DNA from: Candidatus Dormiibacterota bacterium
GTDB lineage: Bacteria; Chloroflexota; Dormibacteria; Dormibacterales; Dormibacteraceae
DNA length: 37,545 nt
Reading direction: 5' to 3'
NCBI GenBank assembly: GCA_036570145.1
Contig: DATCPJ010000013.1
Span: 1-37,545, forward strand
The notes below the pieces were generated by a model. That model saw nothing but the letters and a program-made list of their open reading frames with translations, ran no database searches and was not told the DNA's origin. Shown in pieces: positions 8,565 through 16,375 of this stretch (position 1 is its first letter; each line of letters opens with the position of its first letter). A program made the position numbers and the translations under genes.

Positions 8565-9131
8565 ATGGGGTTCCTCGACAGCCTCTTCGGTCGCACCCGG
8601 CTGCCCAAATCGAACGAGGACAAGCTCTTCGCGATGAGCACCGCGGCCATCGGTCTCGAAGCGTCGGCCGGGATCAAGCCCGCGGGCCGCGCCGGCATCG
8701 TCTTCAAGCGCCTGCCGGCGGGCCGCTTCGACCAGCTCAAGAAGGACATGCTCGACCTGCTGAAGCTTCAGGGCGAGGGCGATGGCCTGAGGCTCGAGGA
8801 CAAGACCGACGACCTCGGCTTCGACTGGCTGATCATGGCCGGGACCGACTTCCAGGAGGCGATCGCCGCCATCCACAGCGCCGCCACCTCCCTTCTCGAG
8901 GAAGGCCTCGGCGACCTCCTCCTCGCGGTCGCCTTCCGGTTCGAGCGGGAGGGGCGCCCCGAGTACTGGATCTACAGCTACAAGCAGGGCACCTATTACC
9001 CCTTCGTCCCGACCGGCAACCACCAGCGGGACAACGCCGAGGAGCTGCGCCTGGCCGCCCTGGGCAAGGCCGAGCTGCCCCTCGAGCCGACCCTGGAGCG
9101 CTGGTACGCGCTCTGGGGGATCCCCGTCTGA
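8565..9131 (+). CDS. PspA-associated PspAB-like protein (assignment from memory)
   Basis: 188 aa, starting 12 nt after htpX. The N-terminal MGFLDSLFGRT and the YSYKQGTYYPFVP...RDNAEEL...RWYALWG pattern match what I recall of the PspAB family. This was not verified by any search. Confidence 0.5.
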   Translation: MGFLDSLFGRTRLPKSNEDKLFAMSTAAIGLEASAGIKPAGRAGIVFKRLPAGRFDQLKKDMLDLLKLQGEGDGLRLEDKTDDLGFDWLIMAGTDFQEAIAAIHSAATSLLEEGLGDLLLAVAFRFEREGRPEYWIYSYKQGTYYPFVPTGNHQRDNAEELRLAALGKAELPLEPTLERWYALWGIPV

Positions 9132-9166
9132 CGGCAGCTCAACTCACTCCGGTACGGCGGCGTACA

Positions 9167-9196
9167 TTGACGCGCCATGCCGCACTGTGTCATAAT
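9167..9196 (+). promoter_or_regulatory. sigma70-type promoter candidate
   Basis: TTGACG (9167-9172), an 18-nt spacer, then CATAAT (9191-9196) preceded by TGT (extended -10-like). It lies about 45 nt upstream of the ATG at 9242. Confidence 0.45.
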
Positions 9197-9241
9197 AGTC
9201 CCAGAGTCCAAAACGAATTCAAAACCTGGGGGTTTCAGCCA

Positions 9242-9817
9242 ATGGCAGTCGAGATCAAAGAGACAACCGAGAACGGCTTTGAGAACGCCGTCGAGAACGC
9301 GGTGATGGGCGCCGACATGGTCACCGGGGCGGCCGTGACCGTCGCCGAGAACGTCACCCGGGCGATCAACCACCCCGTCCGCGAGGCGCGCAAGATCGGG
9401 CGCCGTGGCGCCGCCGTGAACAAGCGGCTCAGCAAGGACGTCGCGGGCGTCATGGAGGACACCGTCGAGGTGATCGACGCGATCATGCCCGAGAAGGTCG
9501 CCCTCCTCGGCATCCACGCCATCAAGGACCGGGCCCGCCGCAAGGACCTGATCGGGGACGTCGCCTACCGGACGCTCGAGCTCGTCAACGGGGGGCTCGA
9601 CGCGGTGCTCGGCACCCTCAAGCGGCTCGAGCGGGCGACCCAGCCGCCCACCCGGCCCGGCACCACCCACACCCGCCCGGGACGGCCCGTCAAGAAGGCC
9701 GTTCGGAGCGCCCGGCGAACCGTCGGCAGCAGGGCGAACGCCGCCGCCAAGAGCGCACGCTCGACCGCTCGGCGTGGCACCACCAGCGCCCGCCGGACCG
9801 AGAAGAAGCGCTCGTAG
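9242..9817 (+). CDS. hypothetical helical protein with an Arg/Ala/Ser/Thr-rich basic C-terminal tail
   Basis: This is the last 191 codons of ORF 7616..9817. The ATG at 9242 is preceded by GGGGGT. The acidic/helical N-terminal two thirds are followed by a tail, TRPGRPVKKAVRSARRTVGSRANAAAKSARSTARRGTTSARRTEKKRS. It is flanked by its own promoter-like and terminator elements. Confidence 0.6.
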   Translation: MAVEIKETTENGFENAVENAVMGADMVTGAAVTVAENVTRAINHPVREARKIGRRGAAVNKRLSKDVAGVMEDTVEVIDAIMPEKVALLGIHAIKDRARRKDLIGDVAYRTLELVNGGLDAVLGTLKRLERATQPPTRPGTTHTRPGRPVKKAVRSARRTVGSRANAAAKSARSTARRGTTSARRTEKKRS

Positions 9818-9850
9818 TTCGATAACCCAGAAAACTTCCACCATGTACCG

Positions 9851-9882
9851 GGGTCGCGCCGAAAGGCGCGGCCCTTTCTTTT
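9851..9882 (+). terminator. intrinsic terminator
   Basis: GGGTCGCGCC (9851-9860), a GAAA tetraloop, then GGCGCGGCCC (9865-9874). This is a 10-bp stem with one G-U pair, followed by TTTCTTTT. Confidence 0.8.
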
Positions 9883-9913
9883 GCCGCGGCCGCCGGGGCA
9901 CACTTCACGTCTC

Positions 9914-10534
9914 GTGAGCTCACTCTTCCTCGCCTTCATCGCCATCTCCCTGCTCCTGGCGGTCACGCCGGGGCCTGACATGGCGCTGGTCACCAGGAAC
10001 GCCCTCGCCCACGGTCCAAAGGGCGTCTTCCTGACCACTACCGGGATCGCGATCGCACTCCTGCTCTGGGTCACCGCCACGGCGGTGGGTGTCGCCGCGG
10101 TTCTGAAGGCCTCGACAACCCTCTTCCACGCTTTGAAGCTGGTCGGGGGCGCCTACCTCGCCTACCTGGGGATCCGGGCGTGGCTCGCCAGCCGGGAGAA
10201 GCCCGGCGACCTACTGGCCGGGATGAAGGCCGCGCCGGCGGGCTCGATCCTCCGCCAGGGCCTGATCAGCGCGGGTACCAACCCCAAGCTGGGCGTGCTC
10301 TTCGTGACTCTGCTGCCGCAATTCATCGAACCCCACCGCCCGCTCCCGCCCCAGCTGCTGGTGCTCGGCGCGACGTTCGCCGTGATCGGCTGGACGTGGA
10401 TGAACGTCTACGGCCTGCTGATCGCCCGGATCCGCGACTTCATCACCGCTCCGCGGGTCCGGCAATGGATGGAACGGATCACCGGAACAGTGCTCATCGG
10501 CCTCGGCGTCCGGCTGGCCTTCGACCGAGCCTAG
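9914..10534 (+). CDS. LysE/RhtB-family amino-acid exporter
   Basis: The LysE N-terminal signature is FLAFIAISLLLAVTPGPD, and the protein has about 6 TM segments. I chose GTG at 9914 because the upstream TTG at 9881 lies inside the terminator T-tract. Confidence 0.8.
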   Translation: MSSLFLAFIAISLLLAVTPGPDMALVTRNALAHGPKGVFLTTTGIAIALLLWVTATAVGVAAVLKASTTLFHALKLVGGAYLAYLGIRAWLASREKPGDLLAGMKAAPAGSILRQGLISAGTNPKLGVLFVTLLPQFIEPHRPLPPQLLVLGATFAVIGWTWMNVYGLLIARIRDFITAPRVRQWMERITGTVLIGLGVRLAFDRA

Positions 10535-10586
10535 CTCCCCTTCTATGCGGCAGCCCTGTTGCCCTCCTTGGAACGCACCCGGCCTA

Positions 10587-10697
10587 GACGCGGCGCGCAG
10601 GCCGGGTTTGTCCCCGGCCGAATGAGTGTTTCAATCGAAACCAGAGCCTGGCGCCGAGTGGGGGGTTTCTGGAAAGGGGGCCTGCCCCCCTTTGCCC
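10587..10697 (+). repeat. intergenic two-hairpin repeat, family A, copy 1
   Basis: It aligns with 34937-35043 and 36219-36320. Shared blocks are GACGCG, GGCCGGGTTT.TCCCGGCC, TGAGT.GT...AATCG, GCGCCGAG.GGGGG and TTCTGGAAAGGGGGCCTGCCCCCCTTTGCCC. It ends 2 nt before the stop codon of the minus-strand CDF gene. Confidence 0.75.
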
Positions 10698-10699
10698 CT

Positions 10700-12076
10700 T
10701 TAGCCCCGCGCCGTCGCCCGGGTCACGACCTCCTGCAGCTCGGGCTCGGCGAGGAGGATCTTGCGCTCCAGCTCGTCTTCGACGTGGTGTGCCTGCTCGA
10801 GCGAGACCTCCGGCGCCATCTCGACCACCACGTGGGCGGTGATCCGGCCGTGGCGTGAGCTGAGCTCCACGTCCCGGCAGCGGACGACCCCCGGCTCCTG
10901 GGCGACGATCTGCCGCACCCGATTGGCAAGCTCGATCTGGCTGGCGGTCACGTCGCGACCGGCGACGACGTCCGGCTCGAGGGGCTCGAGGTGGATGTCG
11001 ACGCGGCTCGCCTCGGGCAGCTCCTCGCGCAGCTCGGCCTCCAGCTCGGAGGAGAGCTCCTCCGCCTCCTCCAGCTGCATCTGGCTGGGGAGCTTGGCGT
11101 GCAGCGTCAGGTGGAACGACCCGTCGCGCTCCTGCTCGATGGTCACGTTGTGGATGTCCCGAAAGGCGCCCAGCCGGTTGGCGGCGGCGTGGACCCGCTC
11201 CACCAGGTTCGCCTGCTCCAGCTGGCCCTCCACGACCAGCACCAGGTCGACATCCGGCAGCCGCCGCGCCACCGCCTCCTCGACCTGCTTCGTCAGCGCC
11301 TGCGCGCCCTCCACCGAGAGGGTTCGGCGGGTTGCCACCCGAGCATCGCCGAGCAGGCGCCCGCCCGATCGCCTGACCCTCACCGCCCTCACCTCGCGGA
11401 TGCCCTTCACGGCCGCGATCGCCGCTCGCAGCCCGGCCTCGGCGCCGGCGGGGGCGCGGTCCATCAGCTCGTCCCCCGCGTGGCGGAGGATCTGGACGGC
11501 CGTCACCGCGATCAGGCCCGATACCAGGAGCGCCGCGACCGAGTCGGCCCACGGGTAGCCGTAACGGACCCCGATCAGCCCGGCCAGGACGCCGATCGAG
11601 GAAAGCACGTCGGCGACACGGTTCTGGGCGTCGGCCGTGAGGGCATCGCTGCCGGCCGCCCTTCCCGCCCAGCGCAGCACCACCGCCCGTCCCCCCTCGA
11701 TCAGCATCGCGGCGACGATCACGGCCAGCGCGTAATCCGTGGCGGAGACACCGCCGGCGTGGCCTCCCAGCCGCCGGACCGCCTCCAACGCGATGCCGCC
11801 GGCGGTCAGGAGGAGGAGGATCCCCTCCGTGTAGGCGGCCAGGTTCTCGACCCGGCCGTGGCCATAGAGGTGGTCGGCATCGGCGGGGCGCCGGGCGGTG
11901 GTGACGGCGACCAGGGCAAAGCCGGAGGCGACCACGTCGAGCCCGGAATGGGCGGCTTCGCTGATGATCCCGAGGCTCCCGGTGAGCAGGCCGACGACGA
12001 GCTTGGCGACGCAGATCACCGCTCCGATGAGCAGTGACCCGAGCGCGACCTGTTGAGCTCGTCGAGTGGAATCCAT
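10700..12076 (-). CDS. cation diffusion facilitator (CDF) transporter with an extended, apparently triplicated cytoplasmic tail
   Basis: 458 aa. The CDF TM core carries AAHSGLD and HLYGHGRVE. It is followed by about 250 aa that read as three successive CTD-like alpha-beta modules. Confidence 0.85.
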   Translation of the reverse strand: MDSTRRAQQVALGSLLIGAVICVAKLVVGLLTGSLGIISEAAHSGLDVVASGFALVAVTTARRPADADHLYGHGRVENLAAYTEGILLLLTAGGIALEAVRRLGGHAGGVSATDYALAVIVAAMLIEGGRAVVLRWAGRAAGSDALTADAQNRVADVLSSIGVLAGLIGVRYGYPWADSVAALLVSGLIAVTAVQILRHAGDELMDRAPAGAEAGLRAAIAAVKGIREVRAVRVRRSGGRLLGDARVATRRTLSVEGAQALTKQVEEAVARRLPDVDLVLVVEGQLEQANLVERVHAAANRLGAFRDIHNVTIEQERDGSFHLTLHAKLPSQMQLEEAEELSSELEAELREELPEASRVDIHLEPLEPDVVAGRDVTASQIELANRVRQIVAQEPGVVRCRDVELSSRHGRITAHVVVEMAPEVSLEQAHHVEDELERKILLAEPELQEVVTRATARG

Positions 12077-12094
12077 GACCGGCCGGAGCGAAGC

Positions 12095-12991
12095 CTACCC
12101 GGCGGGTTCGGCGCCCACCCAGTCGAGGATGCGGTCCGCGATCTCCTCGCCCTTGTCCTCCTGGAGCATGTGCGAGGCGCCGGAGATGATGTCCATCACG
12201 CCGTGGGCGCCGGGCAGCAGCTTGGCGAACCACCGTCCGACCTCGGGCCGGAACACCGGGTCGCCGTCGCTGAACATGACCAGGGCAGGGATCGGCCAGA
12301 CGCTGAGGCGGTCTTTGATCCGCCGCATCTCGACGTCGCCCGGGTCGCCCTCCCGGATCGGCACCAGCAGGGGGAAAGCCGCCACACCCGCCTTCGACTC
12401 GCGGGTCGGCCAGGGCGCTTCGTAAGCGGCCAACGTCGCGGCGTCGAGCTCGGTCGCGCAGCTGCTCTGCATCACCTTGCCGACGGGCAGGTCGAGACCG
12501 ACCCGCTCGGCGAAGTTCCGCCAGTTCATGAAGCCCTCCGTCGGCCAGCCCTCGCCGGGCGCCATGAGGCCGGTGTTGAGCACCACCAGCCGGGCGAAAC
12601 GTTCCTCCATCTCGGTCGCCACCCGCAGGCCGATCGGACCGCCCCAGTCCTGCACCACGACGGTGATGCCGCGGAGGTCGAGGCGTTCGATCAACGCCTC
12701 GATCGACGCCGTGTGCCGGTCGTACGTGTACCAGGCGATGTCGGTCGGCTTGTCCGAGCGTCCGAAGCCGAAGTAGTCGGGTGCGACCACCCGGAAGGCG
12801 GTCGCCAGGGTGGGGATCATCTTCCGGTAGAGGTAGGACCAGTCGGGCTCGCCATGGAGGAGCAGGATCGGATCCCCGTGACCCTCATCGAGGTAATGCA
12901 TCCGCATCCCGTCGATCTCCGCGTAGTGCGGCTCGAAGGGATAGCCGGGCAGCTCCTGAAAGCGGTCTTCAGGCGTTCGGTAAACGTCCAT
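12095..12991 (-). CDS. haloalkane dehalogenase-like alpha/beta hydrolase
   Basis: 298 aa. RTPEDRFQELPGYPFEPHY, LLLHGEPDWSYLYRKMIP, GFGRSDKP and the nucleophile elbow VVQDWGGPIG match the HLD-I pattern as I recall it. Confidence 0.75.
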   Translation of the reverse strand: MDVYRTPEDRFQELPGYPFEPHYAEIDGMRMHYLDEGHGDPILLLHGEPDWSYLYRKMIPTLATAFRVVAPDYFGFGRSDKPTDIAWYTYDRHTASIEALIERLDLRGITVVVQDWGGPIGLRVATEMEERFARLVVLNTGLMAPGEGWPTEGFMNWRNFAERVGLDLPVGKVMQSSCATELDAATLAAYEAPWPTRESKAGVAAFPLLVPIREGDPGDVEMRRIKDRLSVWPIPALVMFSDGDPVFRPEVGRWFAKLLPGAHGVMDIISGASHMLQEDKGEEIADRILDWVGAEPAG

Positions 12992-13801
12992 TCAGCAGTC
13001 GCGCTCCTCTTGCGGAAGGCTCACGTTTTCGGCAGGCCTGGTCGCGTCTGGGTCTTCGAGGCTGGGGTCGAGCGCCATGTCGGCCATCCGGTGGCCGGCC
13101 ATCAGGTAGGGGGAGACGGCCTGGTTCGCGCCCGCCAGCTCGAGGCGGCGGATCGACGCGGCGCGGCTGGCGCGCGCGACGATCCAGAGCTTGGGGTTCA
13201 TCGACCGCGCGATGAGGGTTATGTAGACGCTCCGCTCATCCGAGTCGACGGCGCTGATGAGCGCCCGGGCGTGCTCGATGCCGGCCTCTTTCAGCACCTC
13301 CTCGCTGGCCGCGTCGGCCTCGATGTGGAGGCGGTCCTCCTGGCGGAGCCGCTCGATCGCCTCGCGGTTGTTGTCGATGACGACGTATTCGTGCCGGGAG
13401 GTCTCGAACTCGCTGACGACCTGGCTGCCGATCCGGCCGTAGCCGCAGACGATGAAGTGGCCGCGCAGCGCCCTGACCTTCCTCTCCAACCGGCGGACCC
13501 TCCTGAACTCGAGGAAATGACCTTCGCTCAGCGTCTCGGCGAAGACGCCGAAGGCATACAGCATGGTACCGACGCCGCCGACGATCAGGACGGATGTGAA
13601 GAGCCGGCCCGGGGTGTTCATCGGGTGCACCTCGGTGAAGCCCACCGTCGAGATGGTGATGATCGTCATGTAGAAGGAGTCGAAGAGGCTCCAGCGCTCG
13701 ATCAAGGCGTAGCCCGCGGTGCCGATGGCGATGAAGAACGCCAGGAGGACCGCCGGCAGCCGAAAGGGGGCGAAAGGGTCCCTGTAACCGGCTGAGATCA
13801 T
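12992..13801 (-). CDS. 2-TM ion channel with an RCK/TrkA-N domain (K+ channel family, atypical filter)
   Basis: 269 aa with two TM segments, a pore helix, the filter-position sequence TISTVGFTE, and a Rossmann GxGxxG (IVCGYGRIG). The stop codon directly abuts the dehalogenase start codon. Confidence 0.8.
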   Translation of the reverse strand: MISAGYRDPFAPFRLPAVLLAFFIAIGTAGYALIERWSLFDSFYMTIITISTVGFTEVHPMNTPGRLFTSVLIVGGVGTMLYAFGVFAETLSEGHFLEFRRVRRLERKVRALRGHFIVCGYGRIGSQVVSEFETSRHEYVVIDNNREAIERLRQEDRLHIEADAASEEVLKEAGIEHARALISAVDSDERSVYITLIARSMNPKLWIVARASRAASIRRLELAGANQAVSPYLMAGHRMADMALDPSLEDPDATRPAENVSLPQEERDC

Positions 13802-13807
13802 CGCGCC

Positions 13808-14536
13808 CTAAATTCCCAGATAGGCTTTCCTGACGCCGGGGTCGGCGCGCAGCTCGGCCGCCGGCCCGGCCAGCACCACCTGGCCGTTCTCGAGGACGTA
13901 GCCACGGTCGGCGGCCTCCAGCGCGACCAGCACGTCCTGCTCGACGAGGAGCAGCGAGGTGCCGTCCCGGTTTATCTCACGGGCGACCTCGATCAGCCGT
14001 TCGACGACCTTCGGGGCCAGTCCCAGCGATAGCTCATCGAGCATCAGCAGCTTCGGGCGCGCCATCAGCCCACGGCCGATGGCGACCATCTGCTGCTCAC
14101 CGCCGGAAAGGGTGCCCGCGTCGCGGCCGAGCTTGTCGGCAAGGGCGGGAAAGTATTCGACGATCCGCGGGATGTCGGAGCGGATCTCGCGGTCCCGGCG
14201 CAGGTAGGCGCCGAGCAGCAGGTTGCGCTCGACCGTCAGGGTGCTGAAAAGCCGCCTGCCCTGGGGCACGTGGGCGACGCCGGCCTGGACGACCTCCTCG
14301 GGCCGGGCGTTGGTGATTTCGCGGCCCGCGAAGAGGACAGTTCCGGAGGTCGCCCGGACCAGCCCGCTGAGGGTTCCCAGGAGGGTGGATTTGCCGGCGC
14401 CGTTGGCACCGATGAGGGCGACCAGCTCGCCCTCGAAGATGTCGAGATCGATCCCGAACAGGACCGGGCCGGCGCCGAAGCCGGAGGTCAGGCCGCGGAC
14501 GCTGAGAAGAGGTTCAGCCTTCCTGCTGGCGGGCAT
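13808..14536 (-). CDS. livF: branched-chain amino acid ABC transporter ATP-binding protein LivF
   Basis: 242 aa with Walker A GANGAGKST, signature LSGGEQQ and Walker B LLMLDE. It is the last gene of the liv-type operon. Confidence 0.85.
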   Translation of the reverse strand: MPASRKAEPLLSVRGLTSGFGAGPVLFGIDLDIFEGELVALIGANGAGKSTLLGTLSGLVRATSGTVLFAGREITNARPEEVVQAGVAHVPQGRRLFSTLTVERNLLLGAYLRRDREIRSDIPRIVEYFPALADKLGRDAGTLSGGEQQMVAIGRGLMARPKLLMLDELSLGLAPKVVERLIEVAREINRDGTSLLLVEQDVLVALEAADRGYVLENGQVVLAGPAAELRADPGVRKAYLGI

Positions 14537-15278
14537 ACCGCTCCCCCAGGTAAGCCTCGATCACGCGGCGGTCCCGGAGCACCTCGCGGGGCTCGCCCTC
14601 GGCCAGCAGTTTGCCGAAGTGGAGCACGATCGCGCGTTCGCAGACGCCGACGATCACGCGCATCACGTGCTCGATCAAAACGATCGTCACGCCCGTGGCG
14701 TGGACGGCGCGAACCATCTCCAGCGCCTCGTCGACCTCGACGTGGTTGAGCCCGGCCATCACCTCGTCGAGCAGCAGCAGCCGGGGCTTCGTGGCGACCG
14801 CCCGCGCGACCTCCAGGCGCTTCCGGTCGGGGATCGTCAGCGCCGTGACCGGGAGCGCGGCCTTGGCTGCCAGGCCGACCAGCTCGAGCACCTCGTCGGC
14901 GCGCTGGAAGGCCAGCTTGGGAGGCAGGTGCGCTTCGGCGCTGCCGAACAGGGCACCGACGGCGGCGTTCTCGCGGACGGTCATCGAGGCGAACGGCTTG
15001 ACGACCTGGAAGGTCCGTCCGATGCCGAGCGAGGCGATCCGGTGGGGTGGCCTCCCGGAGATCGACTCGCCGCGCCAGCGGATGTCGCCGGCGTCCAACC
15101 GGTGGACTCCGCTGATGCAGTTGAGGAGCGTCGTCTTGCCGGCGCCGTTGGGCCCGATGATGCCGAGTATCTCGCCCTCCCGGCAGCTGAAGCTGACGCC
15201 GTCCAACGCTGCCACGCCGCCGAACCGCTTGGTAACGCCCTGCAGCTCCAGCTGCGCGGTCGCGACCGGCGCGCTCAC
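14514..15278 (-). CDS. livG: branched-chain amino acid ABC transporter ATP-binding protein LivG
   Basis: This is the C-terminal 254 codons of ORF 14514..16049, with Walker A GPNGAGKTT and Walker B LLLLDE. The GTG at 15276-15278 overlaps the livM TGA (15275-15277). The upstream part of the ORF is shadow sequence. Confidence 0.85.
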   Translation of the reverse strand: MSAPVATAQLELQGVTKRFGGVAALDGVSFSCREGEILGIIGPNGAGKTTLLNCISGVHRLDAGDIRWRGESISGRPPHRIASLGIGRTFQVVKPFASMTVRENAAVGALFGSAEAHLPPKLAFQRADEVLELVGLAAKAALPVTALTIPDRKRLEVARAVATKPRLLLLDEVMAGLNHVEVDEALEMVRAVHATGVTIVLIEHVMRVIVGVCERAIVLHFGKLLAEGEPREVLRDRRVIEAYLGERYARQQEG

Positions 15279-16375
15279 ACCGACGTCTCGCGCAGCGAGC
15301 GGCGGAGGTAGCCGAGGGAGAGGCGGCTCTGGCCGCCGAAGAAGTCGATCACCCCGCGCGGCACGAAGACAACGACTGCCACCACCAGCAGGCCGAGGAT
15401 CACCTGGGCGAGGACCGGGCGCGCGTCGGCGGGGACGAACGGGATGTCGGCCGAGATGGGCAGGCTCCCGGAGAGGAATTGGATCAGGAGCTGGAGCAGC
15501 ACGGCGCCGATGATCGGGCCGAAGAGCGTGCCGGCGCCGCCGATCAGCGCCATCAGGATCATCTGGATGTTGTATTCGATGGGGAACACGTTCTCCTGGT
15601 TGATGAAGACGTTCCACTGCGCGAAGATGCCGCCCGCCAACCCGGTGAGCGCGGCTGCCAGGGCGAAAGCGGACACCTTGTAGGCGGTCGTGTCGACGCC
15701 CATAACGGCGGCCGCCTCCTCGTTCTCGCGGATGGCGATCAGCCCGTAGCCGAAGCGGCTGCGGAGGACCCACCAGGTCACCGCCACGGTCAGCACGGCG
15801 GCCCCGACCATCAGGTAGAAGTAGGTGATGTCGCGGCCCACGATGGGCAGGAACAAACCGGTCGAGCCGCCGAAGACCGGGTGTCCTCGGAAGTCGACGT
15901 TCTGGATGACCTCGCCCACGGCGACGCCGGTTCCCAGGCTTGCCACCGCGAAGTAATGGCCGCGGAGCCGGAGCAGCGGGACGCCGATCAGCGTCGCGAA
16001 GGCGGCCGACGCAAGGGGGGCCGCGGGCAGGGCGGCGAAGAACGGCCACTTCGCTTTCGCGATCAACATCCCGGTCGTGTAGGCGCCGATGCCGAAGAAG
16101 GCGACGTTGCCGAACGCCGCGTAGCCGGTCAGCCCGCCGATGATGTTCCAGGCCGAGGCCATCACCGCGAACATCGCGATGATCGTCGCGATCCGGAACC
16201 AGAGGCGGTCGGCGAGCAGCGGCACGCCGATGGCTTGCGCGGCGTCGGTCGAGGTCAGCGGGGCGAGCAGGGCGTAGACGAAAACTGCCGCACCGATGAT
16301 GAGGAAGATGCGCCGCCAGCGGCGGCCCGAGGCGTCGGGTCGGGTCGTGAAAGAGGATCGCTCCGGCGTGCTCAC
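15275..16375 (-). CDS. livM: branched-chain amino acid ABC transporter permease LivM
   Basis: This is the C-terminal 366 codons of ORF 15275..17158, a multi-TM protein with the LivM-like core GGLTGYAAFGNVAFFGIGAY. The GTG at 16373-16375 overlaps the livH TGA. Confidence 0.8.
   Translation of the reverse strand: MSTPERSSFTTRPDASGRRWRRIFLIIGAAVFVYALLAPLTSTDAAQAIGVPLLADRLWFRIATIIAMFAVMASAWNIIGGLTGYAAFGNVAFFGIGAYTTGMLIAKAKWPFFAALPAAPLASAAFATLIGVPLLRLRGHYFAVASLGTGVAVGEVIQNVDFRGHPVFGGSTGLFLPIVGRDITYFYLMVGAAVLTVAVTWWVLRSRFGYGLIAIRENEEAAAVMGVDTTAYKVSAFALAAALTGLAGGIFAQWNVFINQENVFPIEYNIQMILMALIGGAGTLFGPIIGAVLLQLLIQFLSGSLPISADIPFVPADARPVLAQVILGLLVVAVVVFVPRGVIDFFGGQSRLSLGYLRRSLRETSV

Noticed and set aside
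6816-9023. Very long alternative-frame or antisense ORFs. Examples are 6816..9023 (-), the first 540 codons of 7616..9817 (+), 10584..12233 (-), 12053..13795 (+), 26959..28521 (-), 21188..22768 (+) and 3772..5175 (+).
   Set aside because: Their translations are Arg/Pro/Gly/Asp-rich low-complexity sequence. They lie opposite or out of frame to genes with clear family motifs. They are the expected stop-poor shadow frames of a high-GC genome.
9881-9913. TTG at 9881 as the LysE start.
   Set aside because: The codon lies inside the U-tract of the strong terminator at 9851-9882. The encoded MPRPPGHTSRL is not LysE-like. GTG at 9914 gives the canonical N-terminus.
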